A stretch of 64,000 bases of DNA from Camelus ferus (GCF_009834535.1 NC_045697.1:73224001-73288000); one strand, 5' to 3'. Shown: positions 1-12,750, numbered from the stretch's first letter. The notes: a model not told the origin generated them from the letters alone. Translations and numbers: made by a program.

Positions 1-400
1 TCCCCAGATTAAATCAAAATATAGGCAGGGCTACCTTCTTGTCTGGAGGCTCAGAAGGATCTCTGTTTCCTCACCCCTTCTCGCTTCTCAAGGCCATCCT
101 CATTCTGTGGCTCATGGCCTCTTCCTCCATGTTCAGAGTCATCAGTTTTGTGTCTCTTTGCGCCTTTTTTTCATAGCCATATCTCCCTCTGTCTCTCTCC
201 TTCTGCCTCCCTCTTCCACTTTCAAGGATGCTGGTGATTATACCACATAATGCAGGATTATTGCCCTATCTCAAGGTCAGCTGATTGGCAACCTCAATTC
301 CATCTGCAACCTTAATTCCCTTTGCTATGAAATGTTAACATATTCCAGTCTGCAGGGATTAGGATGTGAACTTCTTTGAGGGTCCATTATTCTGCCTCAC
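1..400 (-). mobile_element. MaLR LTR, MLT1D/E-like, truncated by window edge
   Basis: Reverse complement reads tgtgaggcagaataatggaccc...ttaaggttgcagatggaattgaggttgccaatcagctgaccttgagatagg, a typical MLT1 LTR 5' portion (recalled consensus). Confidence 0.8.
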
Positions 401-720
401 ATACCTTGCATTAGAATAAAATATAAAGTTTTTACTCCAGCTTCTAAAACCTTACTCTATTTAGGATTCTCTCACTAACTCCAGATTCTACCCCTCCACA
501 CTACTAACCCAGCCACATCATCTTTCCATCTATTCTTCAGGCAGGACAAACACAATCCACCCTCGGCCCTCCACCATCTGCACTAGCTGTTTTCCTGGTT
601 GTATGCCCTACTCTATCTTCACATAGCTGGCTCCTTCTTATTGTTTAAATCTCACTTTAAATTCTGCTTTTTCAGAGGTAGTTTACTAAACCAACACATT
701 TGAAGAAATTGTCCCTATTT
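401..720 (+). mobile_element. L2 LINE 3' fragment
   Basis: Degenerate L2 3' motifs: cccagccaca..., tgcactagctgtt..cctgg, tagctggctccttctta..tttaaatctcactttaaa..tcagag. Confidence 0.55.
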
Positions 721-815
721 TATCACACTATTAAATATAAATTCTTTATCAATCTCTATTTTTCTGATTTATGAATTTATTTTTGTGTCAATTTATTTTG
801 TGTAATTCTCTCAAT

Positions 816-832
816 CACACACACACACACGT

Positions 833-863
<31 letters not shown>
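816..863. repeat. (CA)n microsatellite with a gtgt interruption
   Basis: Directly visible CA run, interrupted at 831-834. Confidence 0.97.
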
Positions 864-865
<2 letters not shown>

Positions 866-999
866 TCTATGCTCTAGTACAGGTGCTGGCAAACTTTTTT
901 GTTAATTCAAAATTCCCCAGTGACACTCCATTGCCTGAGAATAGATTTCCAAGGGCCAGCATAAAAGGAATGATCTGTCTCTTGCCTAGCTCTCCAACA

Positions 1000-1392
1000 T
1001 ACTTTTTCTTTTCCTCTAAGTTCCAAAAGCACTCAGGTTCTTGTAATTTCTTACACATATCATCCATACCTTCTTCCTAAAATATTTATCTTCTTTACCT
1101 CTGTTCTTTTGCCTATTAACATCTACTTAATTTTAAAGCTGAGTTCAGAGGTCATCTCCCTCACAAAGCTTTCTCTGCTTATCTAGACCTTAAGGTGTCT
1201 TTCCCATTTACGCCTACAATACCCTGTGTATATTTTAGTCAGCGCTTTCCAATTGCATTACAATTTTCTGATTATAGATTTAATCCCAAAATAGCATCAA
1301 ACATGTTAAGGTTATAAATGGCACCTTACTTGTGTCTCTGACACCTAATCTATTTCTAGCCCATAATAGGTATAAATAAATGTGTGTTGAAC
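1000..1392 (+). mobile_element. L2 LINE 3' end
   Basis: gtcatctccctcacaaagcttt... and an L2-type terminus cataataggtataaataaatgtgtgttgaa. Confidence 0.5.
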
Positions 1393-1719
1393 TACTGTGG
1401 ACTTGTTCCCTGTGCTCTGTTTCCTCGGGTCTTCTCTGTGGAGGTTTATCACACATTGGGGTCACTAGGAAGAGTCTGTGTCATCTACTCTTTCTGGTCT
1501 TCTTTTGGTTTTAAGTTGTTCTATTTCCACCCATGTGTATGAATATAAATTGAAATATAAGTATAAATAATAAAATCATAAATACGTATAATTTAACCCT
1601 CTTTAGTGAAGTCACCTCTGACTTTCTCTTTGTCTCCTGCTTCCACCCTCCCACTCCTGGCATCGCTGTAAGGAACTTCAAGAGCTGTATGAACATCATA
1701 GTATAAGTAGAAAAAGTAA

Positions 1720-2118
1720 AACCTTAGGACAAGAATTTGAGTTTAAAGTTACAAGGTAGACAAAGGAGAGAATGGAAAGAGTAAAAGGAGTGTTTACAAG
1801 CTAGCTACCACCACTGAATACTTAATACTGAAACTTAATTCCACTGAAGGCATTCTGGGATCCAGGGCAAAACACACACTGAGCCTTAACACCACTCGAG
1901 GGGTGAGGGAGCTGGTTCCTTGTTGGTTAAGAGCTCTGTGGAGAAGGGAGGGCATTAATTTCCCAGCATTTTCATCCTACCTCAGAGATAGCAAAGCAGG
2001 CTGCAAAAGCTAGGGGTGGCCTCAGGCCAAAAAAAAAGCACAGGGGTTGGCAGTTAGAAGTAAAACTGGTAATTGGTCCTGATGAAGGAGAGGGGCAGGG
2101 CAGGCAGTGTCAGCTACA
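1720..2118 (-). mobile_element. ERVL LTR, LTR16-like
   Basis: Reverse complement contains tgctgggaaattaatgccc...ccagctccctcacccctcg...tcccagaatgccttcagtggaattaag and starts with TG (plus strand ends gctaca). Confidence 0.65.
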
Positions 2119-2559
2119 GTAGATGGCAACTTTATCACTGTAGCCACACATTTTCTTGATGTAATGAGCTCTATCTACATTTACTAGCATTTACATCATC
2201 CACTGATGGTTTTAGCTAAAATTTGGTCCTTGTCATTGCCCAGAGCTTTTCTGCTTTTGAGGTATACATTCCAGTATCTTATTTCTGAATATGATTTCTT
2301 ATCCTTCTGGTATTCTTACTCATTTCCATAAGACCTGTCCCTCCCTCTAGAGTGAGCTTCAGTCACTGATGTCCATTTTCACCAGCTCCCTTGTAGGTTT
2401 GATTCCGTCAGTATAACACTGGCAGTTTTTGGAACATCATTTCAATGATCATATATTAGTCTCACCCTCCTTCCTCTACTCATTGCTCTTTGATTTCGCA
2501 TACTTTCCAAATGCCTAATCATGGATAATTTTCAATATATGATGTCTCAACACCTATAC

Positions 2560-3740
2560 CTTCCTGATGAATGTTGCAAAAAGAAATCTCCTAACAGTAC
2601 AGATTTGTGCCAGTAGAGATTTACGATTTACTCATAGCTGCGCCCTCCATACTCTCCTGCAGTCTTATTACGTATGCTTAATGATCAACACCTCCCTCAA
2701 AATCTATTTGAAACTCGTATTTCCCTAACCTCTAAATCCTTCTTTTCTGTCTCCTTCTCAGTTATTGGACTTTATTACTTTACTCCACACAGAAAAATCA
2801 AGGCTATTGCCTTTGACTCTTTCGGGTTCTCATTTGCCTCCACTGTGTTTCTCATCACTCCTATCTTTACCTTCTTCTGACAGTTTCAGATGAAAATGTG
2901 TCTCTCTCGCTCTCCTAGGCCCACTTTGCTCTATTTTCTTCATTCTCTGTCTTGAGGACTTTGTTCCTTATTTCTCCCAACTTTTTCTTGAATCTTTAAT
3001 TTATTATTATGTACTGACCCCTTCTAACCATTTAGACATGCACAAGGCTTTTCCATTTCACAGAAACTCATAAATACCTAAGATAAACACTAAACAAACA
3101 CAGCATGCTCAATAGCTCTACACTGTTATTGTTTGTTTGTTTGTTTTTTAAGTCACTAAAACCTCATCATCTTCATTCTTAACCCGCACCTCCTATTAAA
3201 CACATCACCATTTCGCTTTTACCTTCACTACTTTAAATTGATAAGCTGATTCACGACTTAATTCTAAATTCATGAGCACTTCTCAAGGATTAACTTCATT
3301 GAATATCTTGGTGCCATTTACCACTGTTGCTTATTTCTTTACTTTTTAAACTCTTCACTGACGACTCTTATGAAAAATCATCTTCAGAATTGTTTCTTTT
3401 GTTTTGACTCTCCCTCAGACCTCTCCACGCAGAATCTGCTTTTCTTGTCAGCTTTTTAAAAGTTGATGTTTGTGTCCTTGTCCTCTACCTACGACCTTGA
3501 GTCTTTATTCACTCAGCTGCCCCATAGCTGTGACTTTAAATACCACCTTCCATGCTGCTACTTCCAAATGAAATCTCCAGCCCAGAACCCACCAAACACA
3601 CTAGCTACCTAATGAAAAACCTTATGTACAATATGAACAGTATATCTTTTCCCCTCATGGACAGTCTAAGTGAGGGTCTAAATCAATATCCCGGTTTATA
3701 CCTAAAGTCTCTTGGGGTATATGTTTGACTTGTTACTCAC
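2560..3740 (+). mobile_element. Degraded L2 LINE body
   Basis: Pyrimidine-rich L2-like stretches, e.g. tactttactccacacagaaaaatcaaggct and gactttaaataccaccttccatgctgctacttccaaatgaaatctccagcccaga. Confidence 0.5.
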
Positions 3741-3765
3741 CCATTATTTATTCCTTTTTTGGAAT

Positions 3766-4400
3766 GACTCATTTACTTTCTAATAAATTTTTATCTGGCT
3801 CCCACCATGTGCTGAGCATCATCTGATGGTCTAGATAGCAAGGCCCTGTTCTTTAAGAACAGGGATTGGTAACTAATCCCCATGGGCCACAGGTAACTCA
3901 CAGCCTGTTCTGATAACAAAAGTTAATTGAAACACAGCCACTCATTTGCTTGAATACTGTTTATGCTTGTTTTGTACTGTAATGGTGGAGTTGAGTATTT
4001 GTGATAGAGACTGCATGTCCCAAAGCCGAGAATATTTACTCTCTTTACAGAAGAAAACACAGTGAGGTTGGAGCACAGATGTAGCGTTCTGTGGAGGATG
4101 TATTGAAGACTGACTTGTCTAAGGAGGCGAAGTTGAGAGGCTGTCACTGGAGGTCAGGAGAAAGATGGTGAGAGTCTCAAGGACTGTAGTGAGAGCAGAA
4201 GTGAAAAATACACAAATTTCAGAAATACTTGCTAAGTAAAGTTAACAGGACTTGGTCGTTACTTGGTTAGAGTGGTGATGCTAGGAGAGGCAGGAATTAA
4301 GTAGACTTCTCAGGTTTGTTATTTTGGTGGAAAGTGATGCCAACAACAGGGAAAGTAAACATAGCAAATGCAGTCAGTTCTAGAAAGAATGAAAATCTGT
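3766..4400 (-). mobile_element. L2 LINE (antisense), interrupted by MER58A
   Basis: Antisense L2 tail (tcattt...ccaccatgtgctgagcat) resumes after the MITE as gtggaggatgtattga...gaggctgt...caggagaaagatggtga...aacaggacttggt. Confidence 0.55.
3860..4056 (+). mobile_element. MER58A hAT-Charlie MITE
   Basis: aaagttaattgaaacacagccactcatttg...gagttgagtatttgtgatagagac...caaagccgagaatatttact matches the MER58A pattern. Confidence 0.8.
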
Positions 4401-4654
4401 GTAGGGAGGAGCTATTGCAGCATCATTTATCCTAGTTTTAGCCTTAAGGACACTGAGCAATTCTCCTCCTAAAGGCACTGATGGAGTTTTTGAGTATATA
4501 AGAGCTACCTTAGCTTTTAAATTAATTTAGCATGTCAGTCATAGTCACTGAATCATTTTGTATTTCTTTACACGACAGGATTTTGACTAACACTGTGTGA
4601 TTGATAGAAATTTACTATATAATTATAATCGTGACAAATAATGAAGAAACACAA

Positions 4655-4872
4655 AGGCACTGTGTGAAAGAGGAAAATAGACTTAAATAATAAAACCTAG
4701 AGTTAATTTTAGGCTTTGACACTCATTTGATAAGTGCCCTCTGGCAGGAAACTGGGTCTCAGTTTCCTTACATGAAAAGAGGAATTATAAAATTAATACC
4801 AGTGGAGAAACAGTAATATGAAAAGTGCTTTGAAAATCATACAATGCTACATGAATGTAAATTATCATTATT
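4655..4872 (+). mobile_element. MIR SINE
   Basis: Core ctgggtctcagtttccttacatgaaaa and tail gaaaagtgctttgaaaatc..atgtaaattatcattatt. Confidence 0.7.
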
Positions 4873-5059
4873 GTAACCAGTTTAATTTACACAGAGTATG
4901 ACTGAAAGGTATCGAAACTGCTGACTTTGCTAACACACTTGCACATACATATGCAAATATATACATATGTGGGTGCCAAACTCGAAATAAATCATTTTCA
5001 TGTCCGTGAATGTATCTGAACTCTTAGTGTATGTATAAATGTTTATTTTCATTTCTTCA

Positions 5060-6600
5060 TCTAAAATCTAAATGTATTACAATGGTATTAAACACCTTCA
5101 CTAAAGGGTGTGGGGCAACCAGGTCTTGATCCAAGTAACTTTGGAAATGAGTGTAATCTGCACAAGTAAAGCCAAAAGGAGCTGTACATAAATACTATGC
5201 TTTAGTTAACAAAGTTGTGTCCCATGAAAAGTGTGGGTTAACATTTCTGAAAATACCATATCCGTATTCCAGAACTGAACAATTTAGTAAATGTGAGGCA
5301 GATGGTGAGAGCCCGATTTCTCACTCCTGGAGTTGGGGGTTACAGTTGAGCTAGGGGAGAAGGCTAGAATGTTCTAGGTGATAATGAATTGGAGTTGAAT
5401 ACAACAGAATGAACTCATTTTTATTTACTATGGATACAGATGGTAACATGTGGAAACATTTATAGATACATGTATATACATAGCTCAGTATACACATGGA
5501 TCATCTCCCTGCTCTGTTCATTGAGAGGGCCTAGAAGCCATAACCCTTGAGTAGAATCAAGCACATCTAGAATCTAGAACTTGGTTTCTAATACCATTTT
5601 CCAATCAAAGAAACCAAGATTTCTTGGAGAAATGCTAATTCTAGGACTGTGAGAGGAAATATACAAGATGAGCTAGACCATTTTATGAACACAAGGAAGT
5701 ACTTTGAAAAAATCCAAAACACCTGCAATGATGACTATGCCAAAGGAATACATGACCAAATTTTTTTTAAAAATGGCTAAAGCTAGAAAAATGTGAACAA
5801 CAAAATAAAACAGATCATAACTCAAAGTATAAACTATATATCCATGAATCCATTCTGATAGAAAGGAATTATTGCATAAATAAAATGTGGGGAAAGCATT
5901 GACAAATACCTTGTGAAGAATTCCAAATAATTTGTGCAGCTATTCCACCCCTGAAGCATAGCTTTCCCTCTGTAAGTGTGGGCTGTACACAGTGATTTTC
6001 TTCCAAAGAGTACAATATGGAAAGGAAAAATAAGAGTAAGTGCACAGTGGAGAAACCTGACAAACACTACCCCAAGCTAGGTCATCAGTAGTGATACAGC
6101 ATGTTTACGGTACGTACTCTTGAAATGACGTGATGAGACTGGCACTTCAACTCTGTGGTCTTCCTTCCAAAACCACTTCATCCCCATCTAATCATGAGAA
6201 AAACATCAGACAAACCCCAACTGAGAGGCATTCTACAAAATACCTGTCCAGTACTCCTGAAAACTGTCAAGGTCATCAAAAACAAGGAAAGTCTGAGAAA
6301 CTGTCTCTGATAAGAGGAGCCTAAGAATACATTTAAATAAATGTAATGTGGTATCTCAGATGAAATCCAGGAACAGAAAAAAACATTAGGAAAAAGCTAT
6401 GGAATTCTGAATGCAATATCAACTTTAGTTAATAATGGTGTATCAATATTGGTTCATTATTTCTAACAAATATACTCTACTAATAAAAAGACTAACAGTA
6501 GGTTAAACTGGTTGTATGGTACATGGTAATTCTCTGTACTACCCTCACTATTTTTCTGTAAATCTAAGGCTGTTCTACAAGTAAAATTTTATTTTTTAAA
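5060..6600 (+). mobile_element. L1 3' UTR (L1MC/L1MD-type)
   Basis: ctaatcatgagaaaaacatcagacaaacccca..., aaaactgtcaaggtcatcaaaaacaaggaaagtctgagaaactgtc and the end ctctgtactaccctcactatttttctgtaaatctaa. Confidence 0.8.
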
Positions 6601-7119
6601 AAACATTTTATTTTGGATTGTTGGAGTTTCCAGTGTATCTTTATTTGCCCAAACATGGCCCCTTGGCCCACTTGCCACAGTTTACTGACCCCTGAATTAT
6701 ATCACCACAATGAGATCTTCAAATTTGGTTAAAATCCTGTCTGATGCCTGCCATGAATTTAGAAACAGAGTTAGAAATATACAAATCTAATTTTAATTGT
6801 TAACCAAATATTCAGTGGTTATAAGATAAATTAATTATTCATCTCTGAAAAAAATCCTGTCATTCCTGTTTAAAGACCCTGAATTCATTTATACAATCAA
6901 CAAGAATTTTTTGAAAACCTACCAGGTACCAAATGCTATATTGTATGCTGGGCACAGAGAAAACATACAATCCAATAAAGCAAATAAGTTTAAATCTTGA
7001 TTAACTTTTTATTCTAGAATGTCTAGTCATGAAACTCTTGTGTTAATCTTTAGAGTATATTGCTTTCCTATGTCTATAAGACTTTAGAACTTTGGTTTTT
7101 AAAATTTTTTTGGAATTAA

Positions 7120-7250
7120 ATGAGGTGATGATATTAACTTAATATAGTAATCATTTGACAAATATAAGTCGAATTATTATGCTGTACACCTTAAACTTAC
7201 ACAGTGCTGTGTGCCAATTATATCTCAATAAAACTGGAAAAAAATAAAAA
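7120..7250 (+). mobile_element. Short L1 3' terminus with poly(A)
   Basis: tgctgtacaccttaaacttacacagtgctgtgtgccaattatatctcaataaaactggaaaaaa. Confidence 0.8.
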
Positions 7251-7913
7251 CTTTTTTATTCTTGAAAGTTTTTTTACTCTTGAAAATTATGTTCCCCATT
7301 AAAATATTAGTGTTTCATATTGAATTTTTTCAAAACTGTGCTTAAAATGCTGAAGAGAAAGAAAATTTAGTGAACAAGATGGAAGACCTTGATTCAGTAA
7401 GTGAAACACAGAATTGTAAATTGTTTTAATGATAAATAAGCAACTGAAATTCAATTTTTATATATGCACATTTAAAACTCCTCCATCTTATATAATTGTT
7501 TTAAGTTCCCTTGTTGTTAATTGTGTCTTCAACTTGCTTTCCACGTTATCAGAAGCTCAGGCACACTGTGAGACTAGAAAGTGGTGTATGATCTTCCAGA
7601 CTCTCTGTCTTGACTTGGTCACCTAGGTTTTGCATGCACAGTTTTAGTTAAAAAAGTGGAGCACTACATTCCACTAATCTATTTAAACAAAGCAGAACAT
7701 GACATTACTTAGTACATTTTTAAAAATTCTATTTCTATTTTAAACTATGAATTAATGAAAATGATGGTTATATCAACACTGCCCATCGAAAATCAAAGCA
7801 TAAGTTGAATGCTGAGGCTGAAATCAGTTTTTATCATTGTCACTGATAAAGCTCCTATTTTAAATGTTCGTATTAATCAAAATATCTTTATGTTTCTCAT
7901 CAACTGCCTGCAG

Positions 7914-7925
7914 GATGAGAAAACG
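7914..7925 (+). other. Candidate 12-nt microexon (GATGAGAAAACG)
   Basis: Flanked by ...ctgcctgcag and gtatgg, with about 60 nt free of AG upstream. The host gene is not identifiable and there is no transcript evidence. Confidence 0.3.
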
Positions 7926-8099
7926 GTATGGACTTTAAAAATAAAATCATGCTAACAAACCATTTCTCTTACTTAATCATATAGTAAGTCTTGACATAAG
8001 ATTTTATTGGGGGAAACAAAGGGGAATTTCACTGAAAACTTTGAAATCCATAACTCTAAAAAAGTTAAATCTTACCTAGTGACTATTACTTACCAGGGA

Positions 8100-8470
8100 A
8101 TGAAAGAACACAGGAAAAAGATGATTGCCTTGTATCAGTAACCATTGAGGAATTTTGGAAAAAATTGATAAAGAACCAATACAAGTCATTTTCCCTTATT
8201 TTCAAAAAGAGAAAGAAGGTAAACAACATAAACTGCAGAACTTAATAACTAGTCTAGGAAATTTTTATGAAAACATCAGACATAATTTGTAAGAAGTTAA
8301 GAAAATAATTGATAATGATCAGAAGTGAGGAAGTGTATAAAAAATGTAAGTTATCACAATATAAATTTATTTTCTTTAGTGTTTTTAACTTTAGCATTTG
8401 AACTTAAAAAAAATTTATCCCATCCCTCAGAGTCTGTGAGCAGAAATTATTGGGAAGTGAATATTATCTA
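8100..8470 (+). mobile_element. CR1/L3 LINE reverse-transcriptase relic
   Basis: Translates in pieces to LIFKKRKKVNNINCR (CR1: PIFKKGKK..GNYRP), INLFS (TNLISF) and EVNIIYV (VDVIYL), in the expected order. Confidence 0.6.
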
Positions 8471-8479
8471 TGTGGGAAA

Positions 8480-8753
8480 AGTTCAGGAATTCTACAGGAT
8501 TTTTCAGATTTATCCTGAATCATAAGATGGCCCAAAAAGAGGATCAAGACTTTATTTCTTCTTATTAACCAGTCACTAGGTATGAACTGTCCCCTCTTAG
8601 GTAAAATCTTGGGAGAGACATCTCCTCTCAGCTGAGAAATTCCAGTGGAGAGATTTATCTGTGAACCACCTGCAGCCAACGTGCCTGGCAGCTGGGAAAT
8701 AAATGTCATGGTTCTGATAAGAGCATTTGTGTAATGAACTACAGATTTACTAC
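8480..8753 (-). mobile_element. ERVL LTR, LTR33-like fragment
   Basis: accagtcactagg..., ctctcagctgag.., gcagccaacgtgcctggcagctggg, ending actaca. Same family as the 20.5 and 36.1 kb copies. Confidence 0.6.
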
Positions 8754-8789
8754 AAATATAACACACATTCTTGAAGCACATAAATCAGA

Positions 8790-11040
8790 CATCACCAAAA
8801 ATGGCAGAGTAGGTTGCTCCAAAAACCCACCTCAACACAGAAAGATTAAAAAAAAAAAAATCCAGTTAAAACTGTTAGAATCAACATTGTCAGTATTCTG
8901 GAAAAGACTCAAAAGTTTATAACAATCCAGAGAATGCTTAATCAAGAAAAAAGACAACTTAAAAAACACTAGGAAATCTCTGTGACATTTTTACTTGTCC
9001 TCGCCCCATGCTCTCCCTGGTATCCACGTGGCAATCTTGAAGACGGCAGCCTATATTCCCAATGTGGAGCCCTGGTACTTGATTCCAGAAGTAGCAGAAC
9101 AGAACTTTTTCTCAAAGAATTATGTTCATGTATATCTGTTTTAACATGGAGGATGGTCACCAGAAGGACTGATGCAAAGCATTTACCTTCCTTCCCTCTA
9201 ACTCAGAGCTTCCTAAGAAAAGTCAGAGGTGGAAAAGCAGAATCATTTTTTCAAAAAAAAAAAGTAAAACAAAGAAATATTCAGCAAAAGATTACAATTG
9301 TGTTGAACAATAAAGTGCTGAAATCCTGGGGGTAGGGGAGACTAAGAAGAAGATTTCTTTGGGAAATTAAGGCATTCAGAGGTGCCTGCATAGACTTGGG
9401 AACTTAGAAAGCAATCCATATGCCCAGGGCAGGCTGAATGCTCAGAAAAGATGTGAGAAGACCCTCAGCTATCTCTCTGGCTTATCTCTAGGCTCACAGG
9501 CTCACGGTAAGCAAGAAGTGAAGGCTAAAGCATTGTTGTAAAAGGCCTGGTTAAGCATTAATGGAGTGACCCAGCACAGAGCCAATCTGCAAAGACTGGG
9601 AGAGTTTGTTTCTTTCTTTTTCCCTTTGTTTCCTCTCTCTCTCTTTCTCTTTAGAGGTGAAATAAATCTATGTGAAAAACCAGAAAAACACAAGTTAAAG
9701 AAACAGGCTTTTTAGAAACCACACACACAAAAAAACAATATGGGTTTTACAAAAGTAGTTTAGAAACCACTAAATCCTAAACAAACAAACAACTACAGCA
9801 CACAGCAAGCAACAAAAACAAACTCCAGGGAAGGGGAACAATCTAATTTTCAGTTACCCCTATTATATTACTGAAAACTGTTCACTTTTCAAAAACAAAA
9901 AAATTATAAACCAGGCAAAGAAAAAAGAAGGTGCGGACTATAAAAAAGAAAGATATTATAAAGAGAAATGAAATAGAAATTCTGGTGCTGAAAGGCACAA
10001 GAAGTGAAATGAAAAACTCACTAGGGGATTTAAATAGAAGATCTGAGCAGACAGAAAAACAAAGCAGCAAACTTGAAGACAGGTCAACTAAAATTATTCA
10101 CTCTGTGGACCAGAAAGGGAAAAGAATGAAAAGAAATGAACAGAGCCCAAGACTTGTGGGTCACATGTACATAATAGGAATCTCAGAAGGAGAAGATAGA
10201 GGAGCAGAAAGAATATTTGAAGAAATAAAGGAAAAAATCTTCCCACTTTTGATAATAGACACAAATCTACATATCTAATGAACACAACAAACTCAAAAAA
10301 ATATGTAAACAGTAAGAGCTCAATCAAGACAATCAGTGTCAGAAGCCAAAGACAGAATCTTGAAAGCCACAAGAGTGAAGTGACTTACCATGTACAATGT
10401 ATTCTTAATACGGAAACAGCAGAATTCTCATTGTAAACAGTGGAGGTCAGAGGGAGTGGGGTGATGTTTTTAAAGTGCAGAAAGGGAAACAGGTCTTTCA
10501 AGAATTCTAAATCTGGTAAAACTATTTAAAAATAAAGGAGAAATGAGACATTTTTAGATAAACAAAGCTGAGGGAATTTGTGGCTAGTAAATTTGTCTGA
10601 CCGAAAATACTAAAGGGAGTTCTTCAGGTTGAAATAAAAGAACAAACTTGAAGCCACATGAAGAAATAGAGAATTGCAGTAACAGTAACAACAGGAGTAA
10701 ATAGAAAAGCCAAAATTCTTGTATTTTTGGTTTGTAACCTGTTTTTAAAAAAATTCTTATGATTTAAACAGACAAATGCAAAAAAATTTGTAAATCTATA
10801 TTAACCAGAAAACTATATAAAGACACAATTTGTGACAATAAAACATAAAGCAGGCATGACAGAGCTATACAGTGGCATAATTTCTGTATGATATTTCAAC
10901 GAACTTGTATCAATTTAAACTAGACTGTCATAAATTTTAAGATGTTAATTGTAATCACTATACTAACCAGTAAGGAAATAGCTAAAAAAATACACAAAAG
11001 AAAGTGATAAGGACATCAAAATGGTACACTACAAAAATCA
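8790..11040 (+). mobile_element. Old L1 5' region: 5' UTR, degenerate ORF1, inter-ORF
   Basis: ORF 9931-10278 (EILVLKGTRSEMKNSLGDLNRRSEQTEKQSSKLEDRS...IIGISEGE...AERIFEEI) is recognisably L1 ORF1p; frameshifts and stops follow. Confidence 0.85.
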
Positions 11041-11330
11041 ATTATACACCCATATTCATAGCAGCAATATTCACACTAGCAAAGAAGTGGAAGCAATTCA
11101 AATATCCATTGGCAGATGAACAGATAAAAAACACGAACATACATAAAAGTGACATCATGTGATTTTGTCTTTCTCTGTCTGATCTACTTCATTATGCTGT
11201 ACACCAGAAACCCATACAACATTGTAAATCAACCATACTTCAATAAAAAAAGAACACTTATATGTGTACAGTGCAATATTATTCAGCCTTAAAAAGGAAT
11301 GAAATCTTGTCAAGTGCCAAAACATAGTCT
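11041..11330 (+). mobile_element. L1 ORF2 3'-end fragment with a nested tiny inverted L1 (about 11141-11251)
   Basis: acacccatattcatagcagcaatattcaca...tattattcagccttaaaaaggaatgaaat, interrupted by an antisense L1 piece followed by a sense tail and poly(A). Confidence 0.7.
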
Positions 11331-11334
11331 CCAA

Positions 11335-11925
11335 CTATTATGATCATCTCAATTGACAGAGAAAATCTAATACACACAATACAAACTACTCCAAACACTA
11401 GAGTAGAAGGGTTTCCTCAAAATTATAAAAGCTTTTTAGAGAAAGCCTAGAGCTAAGTCATACTAAATGATGAAAGGCTGAAATCTTTCCCTTAAATTCT
11501 GGAACAAGACAAGGATGCCTGCATTTGCCATTGCTATTCCACAATGTACTGGAAGTTCTAACCAGAGTACTTACACAAGAAAAAGAAATAAAAGGCATCT
11601 AAATTAGAAAAGAAAAAATAAAACTATACCTACTCACAGATGACGTGACCTTTTACAGTAAAAAATCCCAAATAATTCATCAACAAAGCTAATAGAACTG
11701 ATAGAAAAAGTTCACCAAAGGCATAGAACACGAGATTAACATACAGAAATCTGCTCTGCTCCTCTCCACCTGCAGAGAAAATTTAAAAAGCAATTTCACT
11801 TACTCCAGCATCAAAAATAATAAAATACCTAAGAATAAATTTAACCAAAGAGGTGAAAGACTGAAAACTATCCTGAAAAATACAAAATGCTGCTAAAAGA
11901 AGTTAAAGAAAACTTATATAAATCA
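11335..11925 (+). pseudogene. L1 ORF2 reverse-transcriptase fragment (dead)
   Basis: atgatcatctcaattgac (MIISID), ggaacaagacaaggatgc (GTRQGC), ctcacagatgacgtg (FADD-like LTDDV) and aaatacctaagaataaat (KYL.IN); several stops. Confidence 0.85.
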
Positions 11926-12087
11926 TGCCATAGAACAAAGAGTTTACATGAAACAAATTTTTCCATTATTTTCATTGTTTATATTATAATATTTAATTTA
12001 ATAACTTAAAATCATCATAAATTTATTGCAATTCATTCTGACTTATTTTATCTATTAGCTGTGGTATCATATTCATCATGATCTTAG

Positions 12088-12750
12088 AAATTAGAACTCT
12101 CATACACCAATAGTGGGAATGTAAAACGGTGCAGCCACCATGGAAAACAGTTTGGCAGTTCCTGAAAAAGCTAACATATAATTACCATATGACCCAACAA
12201 GTCTACTTCCAAATATGTATCCAAAAAAAACTGAAAATAGGAATTCAAAAGATTCTTATAATCAATGTCCTTGTGGCATTATTCACAATAACCAAAAGGT
12301 GGAAACAACCCAAGCGTCCATCAGCAGGTGAATGGATAAACACGATGTGGGATATATACATACAATAGAATATTTTTCAGCCATAAAAATAAATAAAGTT
12401 CTGATACATGCTACAACATGGATGAACTTCAAAAACATCAGGCGAAGTGAAACTAGGGATGTCCAAAAAGACAAATATTGTTCAATTCCTTTTAAATGAA
12501 ACGTCTAGAATAGGCCAATTCATAGAGACAGACAGTAGATTAGAGGTTACTAGAATTTGATTAGAGGGGAAACTGGAGAGTTATTGTTTAATTGTTGCAG
12601 AGTTTCTGTTTAAGGTAGTGAAAAAGTTTTGGAAATCGTGATGATATTTGCACAATATTGTAAGTGTAATTAATGCCACTGTATTGTCTACTTAAAAATA
12701 GTGAAAATGGCAAATTTTATGTTAATATATTTTGCCAAAATAAAAAAATT
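12088..12750 (+). mobile_element. L1 3' end (L1MB-type)
   Basis: ORF2 C-terminal relic QPPWKTVWQFLKKL...WKQPK.PS..EWIN.MW, then a 3' UTR ending gtaattaatgccactgtattgt..cttaaaa and an A-rich tail. Confidence 0.85.
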
